A stretch of DNA of 62,826 nucleotides, counting the filler, from Choristocarpus tenellus KU-1152 (Eukaryota; Protista; Phaeophyceae), in the NCBI GenBank assembly GCA_964200185.2. It is 10 parts of 10 records of this genome, joined end to end, with 100 filler letters (N's around TTAATTAATTAA, not from the genome) between each part and the next. Parts side by side here need not be neighbours in the genome. Positions count along the whole stretch, not along the records: positions 10,327 to 13,915 come from CAXNAD020019084.1; positions 14,016 to 19,032 come from CAXNAD020012149.1; positions 19,133 to 21,977 come from CAXNAD020024250.1; positions 22,078 to 24,703 come from CAXNAD020026164.1; positions 24,804 to 30,575 come from CAXNAD020009789.1; 5 more parts are not named here. One strand, written 5' to 3'. Position numbers and translations under genes: made by a program. Every line of letters begins with the position of its first letter. Position 1 is the first letter of the stretch. This document shows, in pieces, positions 12,787 through 26,269 of this stretch. Under the pieces are notes generated by a model that saw nothing but the letters and a program-made list of their open reading frames with translations, ran no database searches and was not told where the DNA came from.

Positions 12787-13719
12787 ATGGGGGAGTACTC
12801 GTTGCCATGGCGAGAGACCAGGCATTGGACGATCCCATTAGGTATAGTGCTGGTAGCATATGGAGTTGCTGTGGCCAATGGTGGGGTTCGCAGGACGTTA
12901 CGGTTGTTGTGGGATGGGGACATGGAGGGACGAAAGAGGGGCCACTCCCTTAAGGTGAGAATGACTTCCCTTTGTATCACGTTCATAAGTTGCGTTGAAT
13001 TGTTCGATGCCCTAAAAGAATTTTTCGAAGACATATGCACCTTATACAGGGGCTATTCGGGTTCAAACAGTAAGGAACGTTAATGATCGCATCAAGTGAT
13101 AGCACCAAGTGCCGCACTCCTTGTTGCACCAATTCTTCCATGAACTATTACAGAAGGTTCAATGCGTATTGGAAGGGCTGGACGACATTGAACATGACCT
13201 GGCAGAGATAGAGGAGGAAGCTAAGATGTTGCTGGATAGTGTTGGTGGGACGATGGAAGGCCCAGATGGAGAAGAATCAAAGGATGGGAAAAGAGATAGG
13301 GGGGGCCTTGTAAGCAATTACTACCACTTTTCCTCTGATGGAAAAAAGCTCCCCAGCAAATGGGACACATATAATGTAGAAGATGAATTAGCTCGATTGG
13401 AGGAGGAGGAGGAGGAGGAGAACCAGCGGGAGGTGACAATACTTGCGTTTGATTTGGGCAGCAACCATGCAAATGTTGTGCAGTGAGTTGTAGATGATGC
13501 CCCAAACTATCGACTATCGACAGCATGAACTATGTAACCATCTTGGCATCCTACCGGTGTCTTTGCCGTCAGAATCCAGCTGTCGCTTCTCTGGAAAAGG
13601 AGTCCCGCTCCCTTCAAGGGAAAACCCGCTGTCCTGAAATTCATGCCTGGTCTGCCCCCCCTCCTACTTCTGACAGAAGCGGCAGTTTCCCAGTAACTCG
13701 GTGGATTCCCGGCGAAAGA
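12787..13719 (+). CDS. Hypothetical protein with N-terminal transmembrane segment and acidic coiled coil, partial
   Basis: Exons 12787-12954, 13154-13432, 13573-13719 all phase 0 with GT/AG; hydrophobic [15 protein letters not shown]; [18 protein letters not shown] motif. Confidence 0.65.
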
Positions 13720-14015
13720 GTAAGGCTCTTCTACGGCGACTGGGAGGCTTGAGCAGCGACCTTGACTCTGCATTAGGATTCCTGGATCAGGTTCGCGGTG
13801 ATGAGGTTGTGAAGAAGTCGCGTGGGGTAGAGGTGAGATGAGCACCCGTAACACTTCATTTCCCCTTATTCGTCAACGTCCATACACCATTCCGTCCCCA
13901 AAGGTATAAGGACAGNNNNNNNNNNNNNNNNNNNNNNNNNNNNNNNNNNNNNNNNNNNNTTAATTAATTAANNNNNNNNNNNNNNNNNNNNNNNNNNNNN
14001 NNNNNNNNNNNNNNN

Positions 14016-14098
14016 AACCCAAAACACACAAAAATAGCGTAAAGGAGAAATGGCCCCCGAACGGAAAGCCCCCCCCCCCCCCCCGGATACTTTGAGCC
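14016..14098 (+). mobile_element. MITE family B-like right end (divergent interior)
   Basis: C-run followed by ggatactttgagcc near contig start. Confidence 0.75.
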
Positions 14099-14460
14099 AG
14101 GGGTGAGTCTTGACCATTTTGTTGTTAAGGGGTTTATTAAATATGGTGTCCGACATCCCATTTTGTAGGAAACCCCACGAGGGATCTGCGTATGCAGCAA
14201 CGAAAAGAATCCTGTTGACAATTTTTTTTTTTTTTGTCATTGCATCGCAGGACGTAGGGGAACGTAAGGAATCTAATCAGAAGGGAGTCACAGGCACAAT
14301 GCACTAAAAACACAACAACGGCAACCCCATCTACGGGACTTTGAACACTCATCGACGGAATGTCCTGACTGATGATGATGATGATGATGATGGTGGTGAC
14401 TCACAACAAAGAAAAAAACGGGAAAGTAAACTCGTTAGTATGCCCAATCTCCCCAAACGT

Positions 14461-14760
14461 GAGTCGAAGCATTTAAGAGGGTAGTATGAGTTTTTGCAAG
14501 GTACTGTTTGTCCGTTTGGGGCTTTTGACTTCCCACGTTTTTTCTTAATGACATTTTCCTACTCCGGAACGTTTTTGGAGTAGGTAAAGTGCATACGTTG
14601 TGGAGTAGGGATAATTTATAAAACTATGAAAAGGTGTGTCTGGAACAAGGATGTCGACACTTGCCAACGATCACGATAGCCAAAATTGCATCAAAATTGC
14701 AACATTAGATTTTGGCTCCCCAAACGGCTGCGGCTCTACCCTCTAAGGCGATTTGGATCC
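14461..14760 (-). mobile_element. MITE family A, diverged copy with small insertion
   Basis: gagtcgaagcatttaagagggtag ... taccctctaaggcgatttggatcc, internal hairpin present. Confidence 0.82.
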
Positions 14761-15384
14761 ATTAAAAATATATATATATATATCTCTGCATGCTATGCTG
14801 AGATGCTGGAAGCTACTTGTAGGAGTACTGGCTGCTGCTTGTTCATTGGCTACTGTGCTCAGAAACATAAACTCCCCCCCTTCAGGCAGGGAGGCTCGGT
14901 TTTCACTCTAGTGGGCGTGTCTTGAGATGTGTTTATTTTTTATTTATTACTTGTGCACTCTTGCGTTTGTAGGTCAAAACTCTGTAGAAGAGCTCAGTCC
15001 TCCTTGGAGATTTGGGAAGTGACATTGTGTGGGTCTTTCTCAACTCTAAGACTGCCTTAGACGTGTAGAGCAATGTTGCTCATAGAAGTATTTTTTTATC
15101 TTTCTGTCCTTCTCGACAATATCGAAATTGTTCCTATATATCTAGAAGTATCCTTCTAGAATGTGCATTTTCGCCTTAAACCACCAAACACAATTCCTTA
15201 TATTCCGCCACCACATTTCGCCGAACACACTTTAAAACACTTTGTATGGTGAAAGTACTACTTCGGAGTAACATTCCCACTCATCCTGCTGAGTCGTTCC
15301 ATTCTACAACTCGATAACCAATCAAAACATATACTCCGATCCTTGATTCACGGAAACCCACACTAATCTGCAGTGTTCAAGCCA

Positions 15385-15394
15385 GTCCCCCCTT
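15385..15394 (-). other. Candidate polypurine tract of the copia element, followed by the TG start of a 3' LTR
   Basis: Minus strand aaggggggac|tggc, downstream of the copia RT. Confidence 0.45.
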
Positions 15395-15401
15395 GATTAA
15401 T

Positions 15402-15945
15402 GAGTCAAATTATCTTAGGGTTAGGGTTAGGGTAGAGCCGCGTCCGTTTGGGGGCCATAATCCAAAGTTGTGATTTTGATGTAATTTTGGCTATTGTGTT
15501 TGTTAGGAAGTGTCAATATCCTTGTTCCGGACACACCTTTTGATAACATAAACATTTTATCTAATCTAAAACATTTCAGAGTAGGAAGATATCATAAAAA
15601 ACCCCATTTCGGGAAGCCAAGCGAGTTGAAGTATCTTAGGGTTAGGGTAGAGCTGCGTCCATTTGGGGGGCGAAAATCCAATATTGCATTTTTGATGTAA
15701 TTTTGGCAATCATGTTTGTTAGGATATGTCAATAGCCTTGTTCTAGACACACCTTTTCATAACGTATACATTTTACCTACTTCGAAACCTTTTGGAGTAG
15801 GTAAGATGTCATCATAAACTCGCGGAAAGCCAAGTCCCAAATGGACAAGCAGGGAAAAACTCGTACACTCTAAGATACTTTCACTCAAGCCCCAAACAGA
15901 CAAACAGGGAAAAACTCGTACCCTAACCCTAAGATACTTTCACTC
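15402..15945 (+). mobile_element. MITE family A (outer) interrupted by a nested family A copy
   Basis: Outer pieces 15402-15622 and 15887-15945; both TIRs carry TTAGGG repeats. Confidence 0.92.
15623..15886 (+). mobile_element. MITE family A (inner, nested), TSD AAGC
   Basis: gggaagcc-aagc|gagttgaagtatc...gatactttcactc|aagc-cccaaa; removal restores the consensus gggaagccaagccccaaa. Confidence 0.92.
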
Positions 15946-16073
15946 TATATTCTTTTTGCAGACCTCTTTTGAGTATTCTTACTCTTAGTCTCCATACTAT
16001 TCTATAGTGCATTTCTCCTTCATCATTGCACTATTGTGCTGAAAAAGAAAATTACACATCAGTAATAATAATG

Positions 16074-18740
16074 TTATTTCATCAGAGCCCCCACTGCCTT
16101 TTGGGTGGGTGTTTTCTGCATAGGTCGCTTCTGATCAACGGAGTCTGGGCAATCCTTTGTGGGTAGTGTTGTTGTCCCCTGAGAAACCGGAACAATGCTA
16201 ATCATGGTGGTGGTGTTGAACCTTCTTGTGACAGATTGGCAATAGATGTGATGTGCCAATACATTCTTAGCTCCTTCTCCTTGCGGTCACGTTAGATGCA
16301 ACAGCCCTTGAAAAACTTTCTTCCCCAAGATCCTTGATTGCGAACTTCATGCTCAGATCTCTCACAAACTGCTCCATTGCTGTAGGGCCCCTACTGCCAT
16401 CCGGGATACCACTGGCATGTACGATTACTATTGTTTCTAGTTCACCATCCATGATCCTTCTTGATATGCAAGGGCCAGCTGTTAACTGTTCAAACCCCAG
16501 CTTCATTAATGAGTCCGTTAGCATGCAGTTCCGCTTCCGTGATGCCCGGACTAAACCATATATGGAACAGTTTAGTTTGCCAATAGCCCTGGGAATCTTC
16601 TCGTACTGCTCCGGTATCTGAATCAAGGTTTTTTCTTCCAGTGATGCTTGAATGAACACCTGTTCCAAATCCAGATGTCTTAGCTCCAGTCCGAGGATTT
16701 CCCGGAAGTCTTGCGCCACAAATCAGCACTCTCATCTTGCCACTTTATCGTTCTTATCCACGTTTCCCTTGAATACGATATTAGATCCAACCAACTAACT
16801 TTTTGCTAGTTGGGCGTGGCAACTGCGTCCAAACATTTCTCTTTCTCCAGTCTTTCTATTTCGGCTTCAAACACCTTTGCCCCATGTCTTGGTTCTGCCA
16901 AGGAAAGAGCTTGTGGCAGATTTTTTGGTTCAGGTGGCACATGACATGCCAGTCCCTCTGGCACGACCAGAGCTTGCATTGCCATGTTCTCATGTACTTG
17001 TTCCTCCATCATTCCCACCGATTTGCACTTCATCCCTATGTTCTTCAAGATGTTGCATAGTGCCAAGCCATTGCTGTTGATGGCAGCAACCTTGTCATCG
17101 ACTTCTTGATCAAATGGTGCTTCGCTATTCTGCTTCTCATACAACCTCTAGCATTGTTGGATAATCTTGTGTCAAGGGATCACTTGTTAGTTCAAGTGTT
17201 CAGGACACTGGTTGCTGTGGCTGATCCCCTGGATCTTTGGGTGACTCCAGTTGCTCATGTTGTCCTTCTATTACCTCAGATTTGCTGCTTGTGACTGTTC
17301 CAAATAGCCTCGTAGTACCACCAGCTTCAGGGTCTTGTTGTCTTTTGTCGTGGGATCACTTTTGTTTCTCCTAGTTGTTTTGTCGGTGGATGCCATGCCA
17401 CGTCCTGCTGTATCAGTAACGCTTGTTTTGCCGGATTGAGCACCTTTGTTGCGCCTTCCGGTCTGTTTGATGACCATCCAAGTATGATTCATTCCGTCCC
17501 CGTGCTGGTGCTAGTTGATGCCTCTGGTGCGTATCATGAGAGTATCCCACCATGCCAAAAGGCTGAATGCTATTTAGGTTTAGGTTCACCCAGAAATCAT
17601 ACCACTTGTCGAATGGTGGTATGCCGCCATCGTTCGTGGTGGTATTACAAATGTAGGTAACCGCTCATGCTATGCTCGTTGCTTCTGCACATAGATTTGG
17701 CTTGCTTCACTCGTGCACACTTTCCAGGATAGCCACTGTTTCTCTTTCAGCAGATCTAGTACCCTTTACGTGACCCCGTTGTAATGAGGTGTACCAGGCA
17801 CTATCCTATCATGTCGGATAGCTCCTTTACAAATATATGAGACTCTTCTTCCAACTCGCCGCATCCATCAGTGCCAATGGCGCCAAAGCTTTGCTTTATT
17901 GGCTTAACTACATCAGCAATGAATTCCCTACGTGAATCTATCTTGTTCCTTTTATTCTTCAGGAACCACATCGACTTTATTCGAGAGTAGTTGTCAACGA
18001 AGATCATGGGATAGTTGTGGTCTTCTCCTTGGCTTGCCACCCTCATTGACCCCATCAGGTTAACGAACATTAGTCTCAGTCGTTTCTATAGCTCTATTAT
18101 TGGTTTTCTTGGAACTGTGTGTCTGTGTACCACTAGGGTTTCTACCTCTATGTTAATGTGATGCCGCACCATTTGGCCGTCGCTGTTGTGATGTGGGGGT
18201 ACTCTAACAGCACGTTGCATTTCCAAGATATCTCTCTGTTCAAGAGATGTCGCTGCAAGTGCTGTCCTTGATGCTGGAAGCCGTTGTATATCGACAACGA
18301 ACAATCCTTCCCAGCATGAACGTAGCATAAATCATCATTGTCGCCGAGTATCACTGTCTCACCCCTCATGTGAATGCCAAGACTGATTTTTTTGAAGCGC
18401 TCTCTGCTGGTAGTAGGTTTCCCTTCAACATGGCGGGTACCAGTGATACATTTTTTTACCATCGACATTTTGATACTTCGTTGGACTGCTATAACTGTAC
18501 CTCCACAAATCCGTAGCCTTGACGTCAAGGAACATTCCGTTGGTAAGTTCCACTCCTGTACCTACGTCCAAATCGCTTTCGGTCCAGTCACTTACGACAT
18601 CTGAAGGACTGACTGAAACGTTCAATTGAGATGTGTCCACCATGGCCACTATCAGACCTCCTATGTGGTTTTGATCTGAGCTTTTTGTTCAAATAGGCCA
18701 TTGTTTGCTGACACGGCTTCCTTCTTTGTCTGTTGAATCT
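16074..18740 (-). mobile_element. Decayed Ty1/copia LTR retrotransposon pol (integrase then RT)
   Basis: Integrase-like VNLMGSM...YPMIFVDNYSR..MWFLKNK...GTDGCGEL and PGTPHYNGV; linker EPKNLPQAL; RT HLDLEQVFIQA.LEE...KLNCSIYGLVRASR...LGFEQ...PC; IN precedes RT; many stops. Confidence 0.88.
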
Positions 18741-18990
18741 TAGGTGTGCGCTAGAAGTTGAAGATGTGTTTACGTCATACTATATTATTCCTCCATACTA
18801 TATTTGTTGCTAAACCACACCCACAGCCGTCCCTTCAATTGGAACTCCAAGCCAGGTTGAAATTGGAAGCGACCATGTGGGGGTCCCTCTTGCGCACATT
18901 TTAGAAGTCTAGTACAACCCTTTACTACAGACTGGAAGCACTCCCAAAATCTCAATCCTTCAACTTTCGAAGTGTAGAAACAGTAAATAT

Positions 18991-19032
18991 GACCCAAAGT
19001 ATCTGGGAGGAGGGGGGGGGGTCTACACCAGG
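18991..19032 (+). mobile_element. MITE family B left end at contig end
   Basis: gacccaaagtatctgggaggagggg..tctacaccagg. Confidence 0.85.
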
Positions 19033-22000
19033 NNNNNNNNNNNNNNNNNNNNNNNNNNNNNNNNNNNNNNNNNNNNTTAATTAATTAANNNNNNNNNNNN
19101 NNNNNNNNNNNNNNNNNNNNNNNNNNNNNNNNCTCGATACCCTATCTTCTCTTCCAAAGCTCTTGCCGGTCTTGATAGGAGGGGGGCAGTCAGTCGGCTT
19201 TTCCATGCACTCATAGCGTGTGAGGCGCTTGGAACGAGCAGGTTCGTACCCAAAAAGTCTGAGGCCTATCTCTCCCTCCGAGTGCAGAGCTCTGGATAGT
19301 TCTGGTTTGCCCTTCACCTTGCCCTACCACGTCCACAGGGTTCGAGGGATAGGGAAAAGAGATGGTAATGAGCTATCATCCATACGGAGAACGCAACAGC
19401 ATCGACGGATCAAAACGCACAAACCGTAAGCACAGAAGGCAGATCCAGTCAGGTTATAATGAATCACACACAAAGGATGAGCACTTGATGATACATGGGT
19501 TTTGGACTACTAACGTTGCTGCTGCTGCTGCTGCTCCCCAAGTCTTCAATATGTGAATACAACTTGAAATGTGTTATAGCTTTATTGTTCAAAGAAAATG
19601 ATGTTTAGCATCTGCACAGGCGCAGTGATTTGTGCGCTTTTGATACTTGCCCAAGTACCTATCGCATATAGCACTTGATTTCTTCCCACATGCCAAGACC
19701 CTGCAAAACTGGTTTGTAAAAAAGAAAAATTATGAGCAGAAAGAACCTATTCCATCCATGGGGGCATATATACATAGAGGGTTCGCGTACAATACATTTC
19801 AATACCTCCTCAGTTCAGCACCGGTTCAAACATTTCATGTAGAGGAAAACATAGAGCATTGCGAAGGTGTTTGTTGTGGCTACAAAGCGGATGGCATAGA
19901 AGAGGTAGACTATTATATCAGACTTCACTGATATTTTAGGCTAACCTAATCATGCGTTCTTGAAATACCCCCACGATAAATAAGGTAATTCTGATACCAT
20001 ACTGTGCCTTTATTGCCTGCCTTGCAAACTGTTTAAACTGATACTGCACAGAGGAAGAAGCATGTGTTTACACAGCCTGCACAAATGTCAGATATTCTTA
20101 AGACAATTGTGTAGCGGTCCAAAACGCGAACAGTTTGCACATCAACCATTCGGGATACATGCTAGATTTGAACACTATTTGAACACTATTTGAACACCCA
20201 AGGAAGTCTCACAACAGCAGACCTTCCGATTGGTTTTAAACGCCTTCACATGGTGATCCTAACGCGCATTCACGATGAAGACATCAGCCAGCAATTCAAT
20301 ACTCATATCAAAAACTATTACAACTCACAGCATTCGTTCTAGAGGGCAAGATAAAAACAGTATCAACAGACTCCTCAAAAAAACCCTGAGGCACAACCTC
20401 ATTTCTCAACAGGTTCCATCCAATCCTTCCTCTCCTTTAAATAATTTAATTATTTTATCGCCACCACGTTGTAGTCAGGGTTAGGGTAAAAAAAAACTCC
20501 CTTCAGAAAAAACTCAAAAAGAGTCAAAAACACGTACCCCTCTCGGTAAAATTCAAACCCCCACATCAAATTCAAAACGAACCAATGATAACAGATGTAG
20601 CGCCACTGCTCAAGACACCGTACCTTTTCTGGGGCTCGCCCAAAAAAACAGAAACATAAAACGCTTTTCAGTGACAAAAATTGGATATCTCCAGGACCTT
20701 GTACCCGAGGTGATTTGATCCCATGTTAGCTGTCAAGCCAAAAGCAAATAGCAAACAGGTTGCGACAAACATTATTGGCGTTTTGATGGAAACCCCGGAC
20801 CACATGACCAATGGGAGAGCAGCGCCACCACCCCGCAGCACACGCCAACCCACCAATTCATACAACAACAACAAAAAAGAGTGGACCTCATATTCCAAAA
20901 AAAAAAAACATAGCGTTCATTCAACCCTTCAAATGAAACGCCTCCAACTCAAAGGGAGTCATCACTGCTCAGACAAGAAGCAGCGGATACTTGAATGCGA
21001 TTCGCATGTTGTTCAAGCACTGATCCGTTTCACTCTTTTCAACCCCTCCCCCCCCCTCTGTGTATCCTATCCAAGATGTTTGCAGTGTGAAACTGATTTG
21101 GACGTGAAGGACCCAACAAAATTCAAATTCGTTCTGAATTTTTTTTTTTCAAACCTCACTAATACTTTATCAATGCCATCCGTGCCAACATACAAGTTGT
21201 TTTTTTTTAAGCGACAATTTTCTCCATATCGAGCACACACTTGAGAAGGTCTACTTTCCACATCTTCAGAACAATAATAATAATAATAATAATAACATAT
21301 TTTCAGACTGGCGATGTTACAATTACTCTTACGAAGTGATGCCATTGCTCTGTATACACTACAAGAGATCCCTGACTTTCATTAATCGACAGAAGGGGTG
21401 TACAAAGCATCCAAGAAGGGACCACAGTTCGTGCACTCAAATTTTGGAATCGAAACCCACATTTCGAATACTTTTGAACTCAAAATGTTGGGATCAAAAT
21501 CCACATTTCTAATGCTCTTGCCATGTCGGGTAGTCTTGAAAACCTGGCCTAGAAATCAAATTGAAGCCATTTCTCTAGGCTATCCTTAGGTTTTACAAGT
21601 ACAAAGCTATACACGAAGCATTATTATTATGATTATGTCCTAATGCGCCACATCCACTATCACAAGGATCAAAAACAGGTGCATTATTTAAGTCTGGAAG
21701 GCGTATATGTGCATATTTTTGTTTGTCCTAAACCAGACCCTAACCTCAACCCCTTCTTCGATGCTTTGTCTAGATGGCATTGGGTTTATTGGGATGCTGA
21801 AAAGTTTTCTAATCATAAAAAACAGCTGAAACATAAAAATGAATCACTGAAATTTTCGAGAATTTAGGTTAAGCCTTCAAGTTCTCCAAGAACTCCTTAC
21901 AGATTTTTTTTTTTCTTGTTGAGGTAAGCCCTTCGTTTACGCCAACTAAAATGCCCGCAACACCCATACCACGAACTNNNNNNNNNNNNNNNNNNNNNNN

Positions 22001-22077
22001 NNNNNNNNNNNNNNNNNNNNNTTAATTAATTAANNNNNNNNNNNNNNNNNNNNNNNNNNNNNNNNNNNNNNNNNNNN

Positions 22078-22236
22078 GGGTGGCGGCAGTCCATTTGGGA
22101 TCAATTTTTTCATGTCTCGATTTTTGGGTGATTTGGTTCCTTACGTTGGATGGATAATGAATGTGCACTTTTCCCGATTTTGGTCCAAATGGAAACTTTG
22201 GTGTAGACCCCCCCCCTCCCTCAGATACTTTGGGTC
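22078..22236 (-). mobile_element. MITE family B, nearly full, cut by contig start
   Basis: Reverse complement of family B, ending cagatactttgggtc. Confidence 0.88.
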
Positions 22237-22652
22237 CCAATTGAGAAATGCATTAGCCCTAAGTCTGCCGCTTGTTGTTCAGCAAGAGAAATGTCCTGAA
22301 TGTAGTGGGCAGATTTGATTGGTCGTGGAAAGTTGATATCCTTCTCTGCCATCGCTTGATCAAGTAGGCCATTGAAACCTCCACTACTGTTCCAAGGAGG
22401 ACCAAATATATCAGAGAATGAGATATTAGTGTATATTGTGAGCCCTATTGCAGGTACCTCTGAAGGTTCAACCTCTACAACACATCCCATCTACACAGGT
22501 ACCTCTTCCTCCAGGTAAACGGCCCTTAATTGTGTGTTCTACCATCTCACCACCAGCACCTAGCTGACAAATGAGCGCCCTACGCGAACACACATTTTTT
22601 TATTGCAAGGGGAGACCACCCTCACATGATGGGCAGTGTGGGGGTGGGAGCT

Positions 22653-22837
22653 GGCTCAAAGTATCTGGGGGGGAGGGGGGGGGGGGCTACTCACACCAGG
22701 GTGTTCATTCCGGCACTAACAAGGAGAAGTGCACTTACATTGTCCATCCGATGGATACAACCAAACCACCCAAAAATCGTGACATGGAAAATTGATCGTG
22801 AATGGACAGTCGCCACCCCCCCCAGATACTTTGAGTC
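22653..22837 (+). mobile_element. MITE family B, full length, TSD AGCT
   Basis: agct|ggctcaaagtatctgggg...ccccagatactttgagtc|agct. Confidence 0.92.
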
Positions 22838-25710
22838 AGCTAGGCTCCACCTCGAGACCAGTGTCTTCCTTCTGTCTGTGTTCTGCGCTCCTCCTCCAGG
22901 ATACCTTAGGCTAGAACGTTTAACTCCGTCTGGTTCCAAATCTCTCTTCCTATGCCCGTACCACCTCTTGCTACCCTGCCCCACTTCTTCAACTTGGTCC
23001 AAGTCAACTTTTGCTGATCAAATACAATAATGACGTGTTAATCTGCATGAGCCTGGTTATTCCGTAATCGAACTCTTTGTAATTGGGCCAGTTGTATGAC
23101 AGGCATATTGGGCTGGCGGCAGAAACTATGCTAGTAGCGTTGTGATCGAAATCCCCCCAGCTGGTGAGTTGTTCCTGCCAGAGCCGATTTTTTTTTAGCT
23201 ACTCTTCATTTCCATGGTGTCTTTTCCCACTATTATTATATATAATTGGCACACTTTGATATGATGTCTGAAAGTCTTGAACCTGAATGTATTTTTTGCT
23301 GAAGGGAGTGACATAGATTTCAATATGTAACATTATTGTCCGAAGCTTTTGGCGATAAGTAGGTTTGGCAGGTGACTCCTATACTTGATTCACTCCTCCA
23401 ACGGCGCTTCCAATTTATGTTTTGTATTAGTTCCTATTCCAAGTGCTGCTTACCTCCCACTCAGTCAACGTCAAGGGTGACCATCGATGTTCTTGTTAAG
23501 ACTGTTGGCAGGTTTGAGATACAGGAAGTGTTCTACCATGGAATATCATGTGGATCAACAACGAGTCGGTATACGTCCTGAACGTCTCGTCCAAGCACTC
23601 CTTGCACTGGCTGAACTTTGAACAGGGCGTCAACAGTCACCTAACCTCATTTCATAGCATATTTTCTCCCCGTCTCCGTTGAACGCTACAATAATAATAC
23701 CAGTAACCCACTCCTAACACAGATTAGTTCAACATTGAAGTCAGTTGTGACAAGGTGGTGGTGTTCCTCCAACAAGCGACCCATCTTCGTGATTGATAAC
23801 TGACTTTCGAACTTGTACAGATTCTGCATCCTCACCCGTGTCACACTGAACGACATATCCTGCGGATGGATCGAACTCGTACTACTCCTGTCCGTATCCA
23901 CCCTTTCGCCATCGTCAGTCTTCCTCTGGACATTCAGGCAGTATTATTCTGTCCTGGATACATTAATTCTGTTTCTGTGTTCGTTTGAATAACTGTCTTT
24001 GTCCTCTCCAAACATTGTACGGAAGAAAAATACACGACTATTAGGTGAACATTTTCGATTTCGATAAATCTACTATGCAATCAAGTCGGAAGATTTAATC
24101 GCGCAACGATTGAAAGAACTACACACGGTCCTCATCATGATGTAGGTTGGTTAAGCCAAGAAGTATACAACTGGTACGGGTCAATTGTGCCGCAGGTTTA
24201 AACAACGTAATTATGCACTCTTGCTTACAAAATTAGGAGCCAACTGGACAGTTCCACAATTTAGGCATGAGCCACAGCTTCTGTCCACACTACTCGCCTT
24301 TACCTGTAAAAACATCCATTGTTCTTGAAGAAATGCATGTTCTAGTAAGTTCGGAATGGTATGGGTCTCATTTCTTACACCAAATTACAAGAATATTAAC
24401 ATCGCACCTGCTCATCAAACCCTCTTCTTGGAACGTACTCTCCGAGAATTAAGATTTATCTTTACATGGTTGTGAGACAATATGGAAATACCCTCAGGGG
24501 AAAACTATGCGGACAAACAGTTGGACACTCATTGTATGTTGTGTGCAATGATGCATTAATTCGGACAACTGTAGCAAGGTGTGTGTTCTTGTTTCCCCTC
24601 TCAGATTGACCGTATCATTACACAGCTTCTATGACAAAGGCAGGTGTGTTCTCTCTTTATCCCTCCAAGAAGAACTCAGTTCTACCCTCCAATCCCCCCC
24701 CCCNNNNNNNNNNNNNNNNNNNNNNNNNNNNNNNNNNNNNNNNNNNNTTAATTAATTAANNNNNNNNNNNNNNNNNNNNNNNNNNNNNNNNNNNNNNNNN
24801 NNNGTGATATTTGGGGGAGGGTTGGGGAGGGGGGACTCTGGATCTTCCTCTTTTTTGCGCTATGGTCAACTCTTTTGCAGTTTTTCATACTTCGTCCATT
24901 TAGTTGTACGTCCATCCGTCTGTGTGAATGTCTACGTACACGTCAACAGTACCAGCTCTCTCAACTACGTACAACGAAAAACCATAATTCCTGTCCATCC
25001 ATCCACCTGTGTCTGTGCATTACCAGTACCAGTTCTCGTCCTCACGGATTGGGACTAGACCACAATCACACATACAACTTCAACAAAAACGCTGAAATAA
25101 AAAGTAAAACTTACCGGCACTGGCTCTTTTGCCTCTCTCACGTATGTACTGTATAAAACCAATAGTTCCTCCCCTTATTTCTAAACGCTGGTTTGTCTTT
25201 TGCGAGTTGATTAAGGTTTCAGCCCTAATATATATCCTACATCTTACTATATCTTATGTTGTACATCTCTAAATCCTAATCCACCATGCTACTTCTCTTT
25301 GTTACCAGTACTCGCGAGTATTGTCGCCCGCGCGCTCACGCATATCTGTTTCTAAATCAAAATCCCCAAAAAACAAGAAACCTTACCAACACTGTGGAAT
25401 TTCCTTCCACAGCGTGCTTTACGTATTAACAAGAATAAACAAGAAATTTCTTGTGGGGTCCATCCGTCTGTCTTTCTGTCTTTGTGTCTGTCTATATGTA
25501 TGTATGTATTATGATTGTGTATGTATGCATGAACCAACAGGGGATCTATAGACTTCATATTTCTCTTTCCAACTTGTTTTATATTTATATTTTATTAGTT
25601 TTATATTCCACTATCAATACTGAACACTCATGTTCAGAAATACAACGGTCACCACTCAAATGCGAGAGAGTGTATTATTACTGAGTCGAAAAAAGATAAA
25701 AACACAAATT

Positions 25711-26269
25711 CCTCCACTTCCAAGGTGTCGCTTTAATACTCTGGAACTAATATACCAGACTCAAACCATAAAAAATACTTCGGAGTAGGTGGGCCGGCCC
25801 TACCTTGTCATGGAAGCAACATGCACGGAGTGAGGGAGTGAGGTAGGATATACCACTGCTGTGTCAGGTATACATACCATAGTTTGTGTATGTAGGTCAG
25901 ATTTCGATGGAATGCCTTCATTTCAACATAAGCCCCCTCGTGCGCAAAGACCTAAGGAGTCACACCACGCTCCCTACTCTCCTCCTCTGTCCGACACACA
26001 ACCTCTTAGTTATTCAGTCGTTCCCAAAGGGGTCTATTTTATTCTACTTAAGTTCAAAAACAAAGTAGAAATGGGCAGAGGCCACAAATAATGTGTGACA
26101 GTTTATTGCTCGTCAGTCAGTTTAATATTAAAACTCCTCTACTTCCTAGATGTCGCTTCAACCCTCTAGAACAATATACCAGAATCAGAGGGTAACAACA
26201 GTTAGGTGAGGTAGGATATACAATTGATCAGGTGTGTACATGGCATAGTTCGCGAGTAGGTCAGATTTC
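25711..26269. repeat. Diverged direct duplication (~25711-25905 vs ~26136-26269)
   Basis: Shared cctc.acttcc..g.tgtcgctt.aa..ctct.gaac, tataccaga.tca, gtgaggtaggatatac, gtaggtcagatttc. Confidence 0.65.

Noticed and set aside
20475-20715. Possible third MITE family (similar-looking stretches at ~85-250 and ~55990-56340)
   Set aside because: No matching TIR pair, TSD or second copy in the window
19133-21345. Possible exons in contig 5 (19133-19330 minus, 19647-19931 plus, 21067-21245 minus)
   Set aside because: No recognisable motifs and no phase-consistent exon chain found
22240-23960. Possible decayed LINE/transposase ORFs on the minus strand (e.g. VTTDFNVEL resembling GDFN)
   Set aside because: Motifs too weak and fragmented to assign without a profile search
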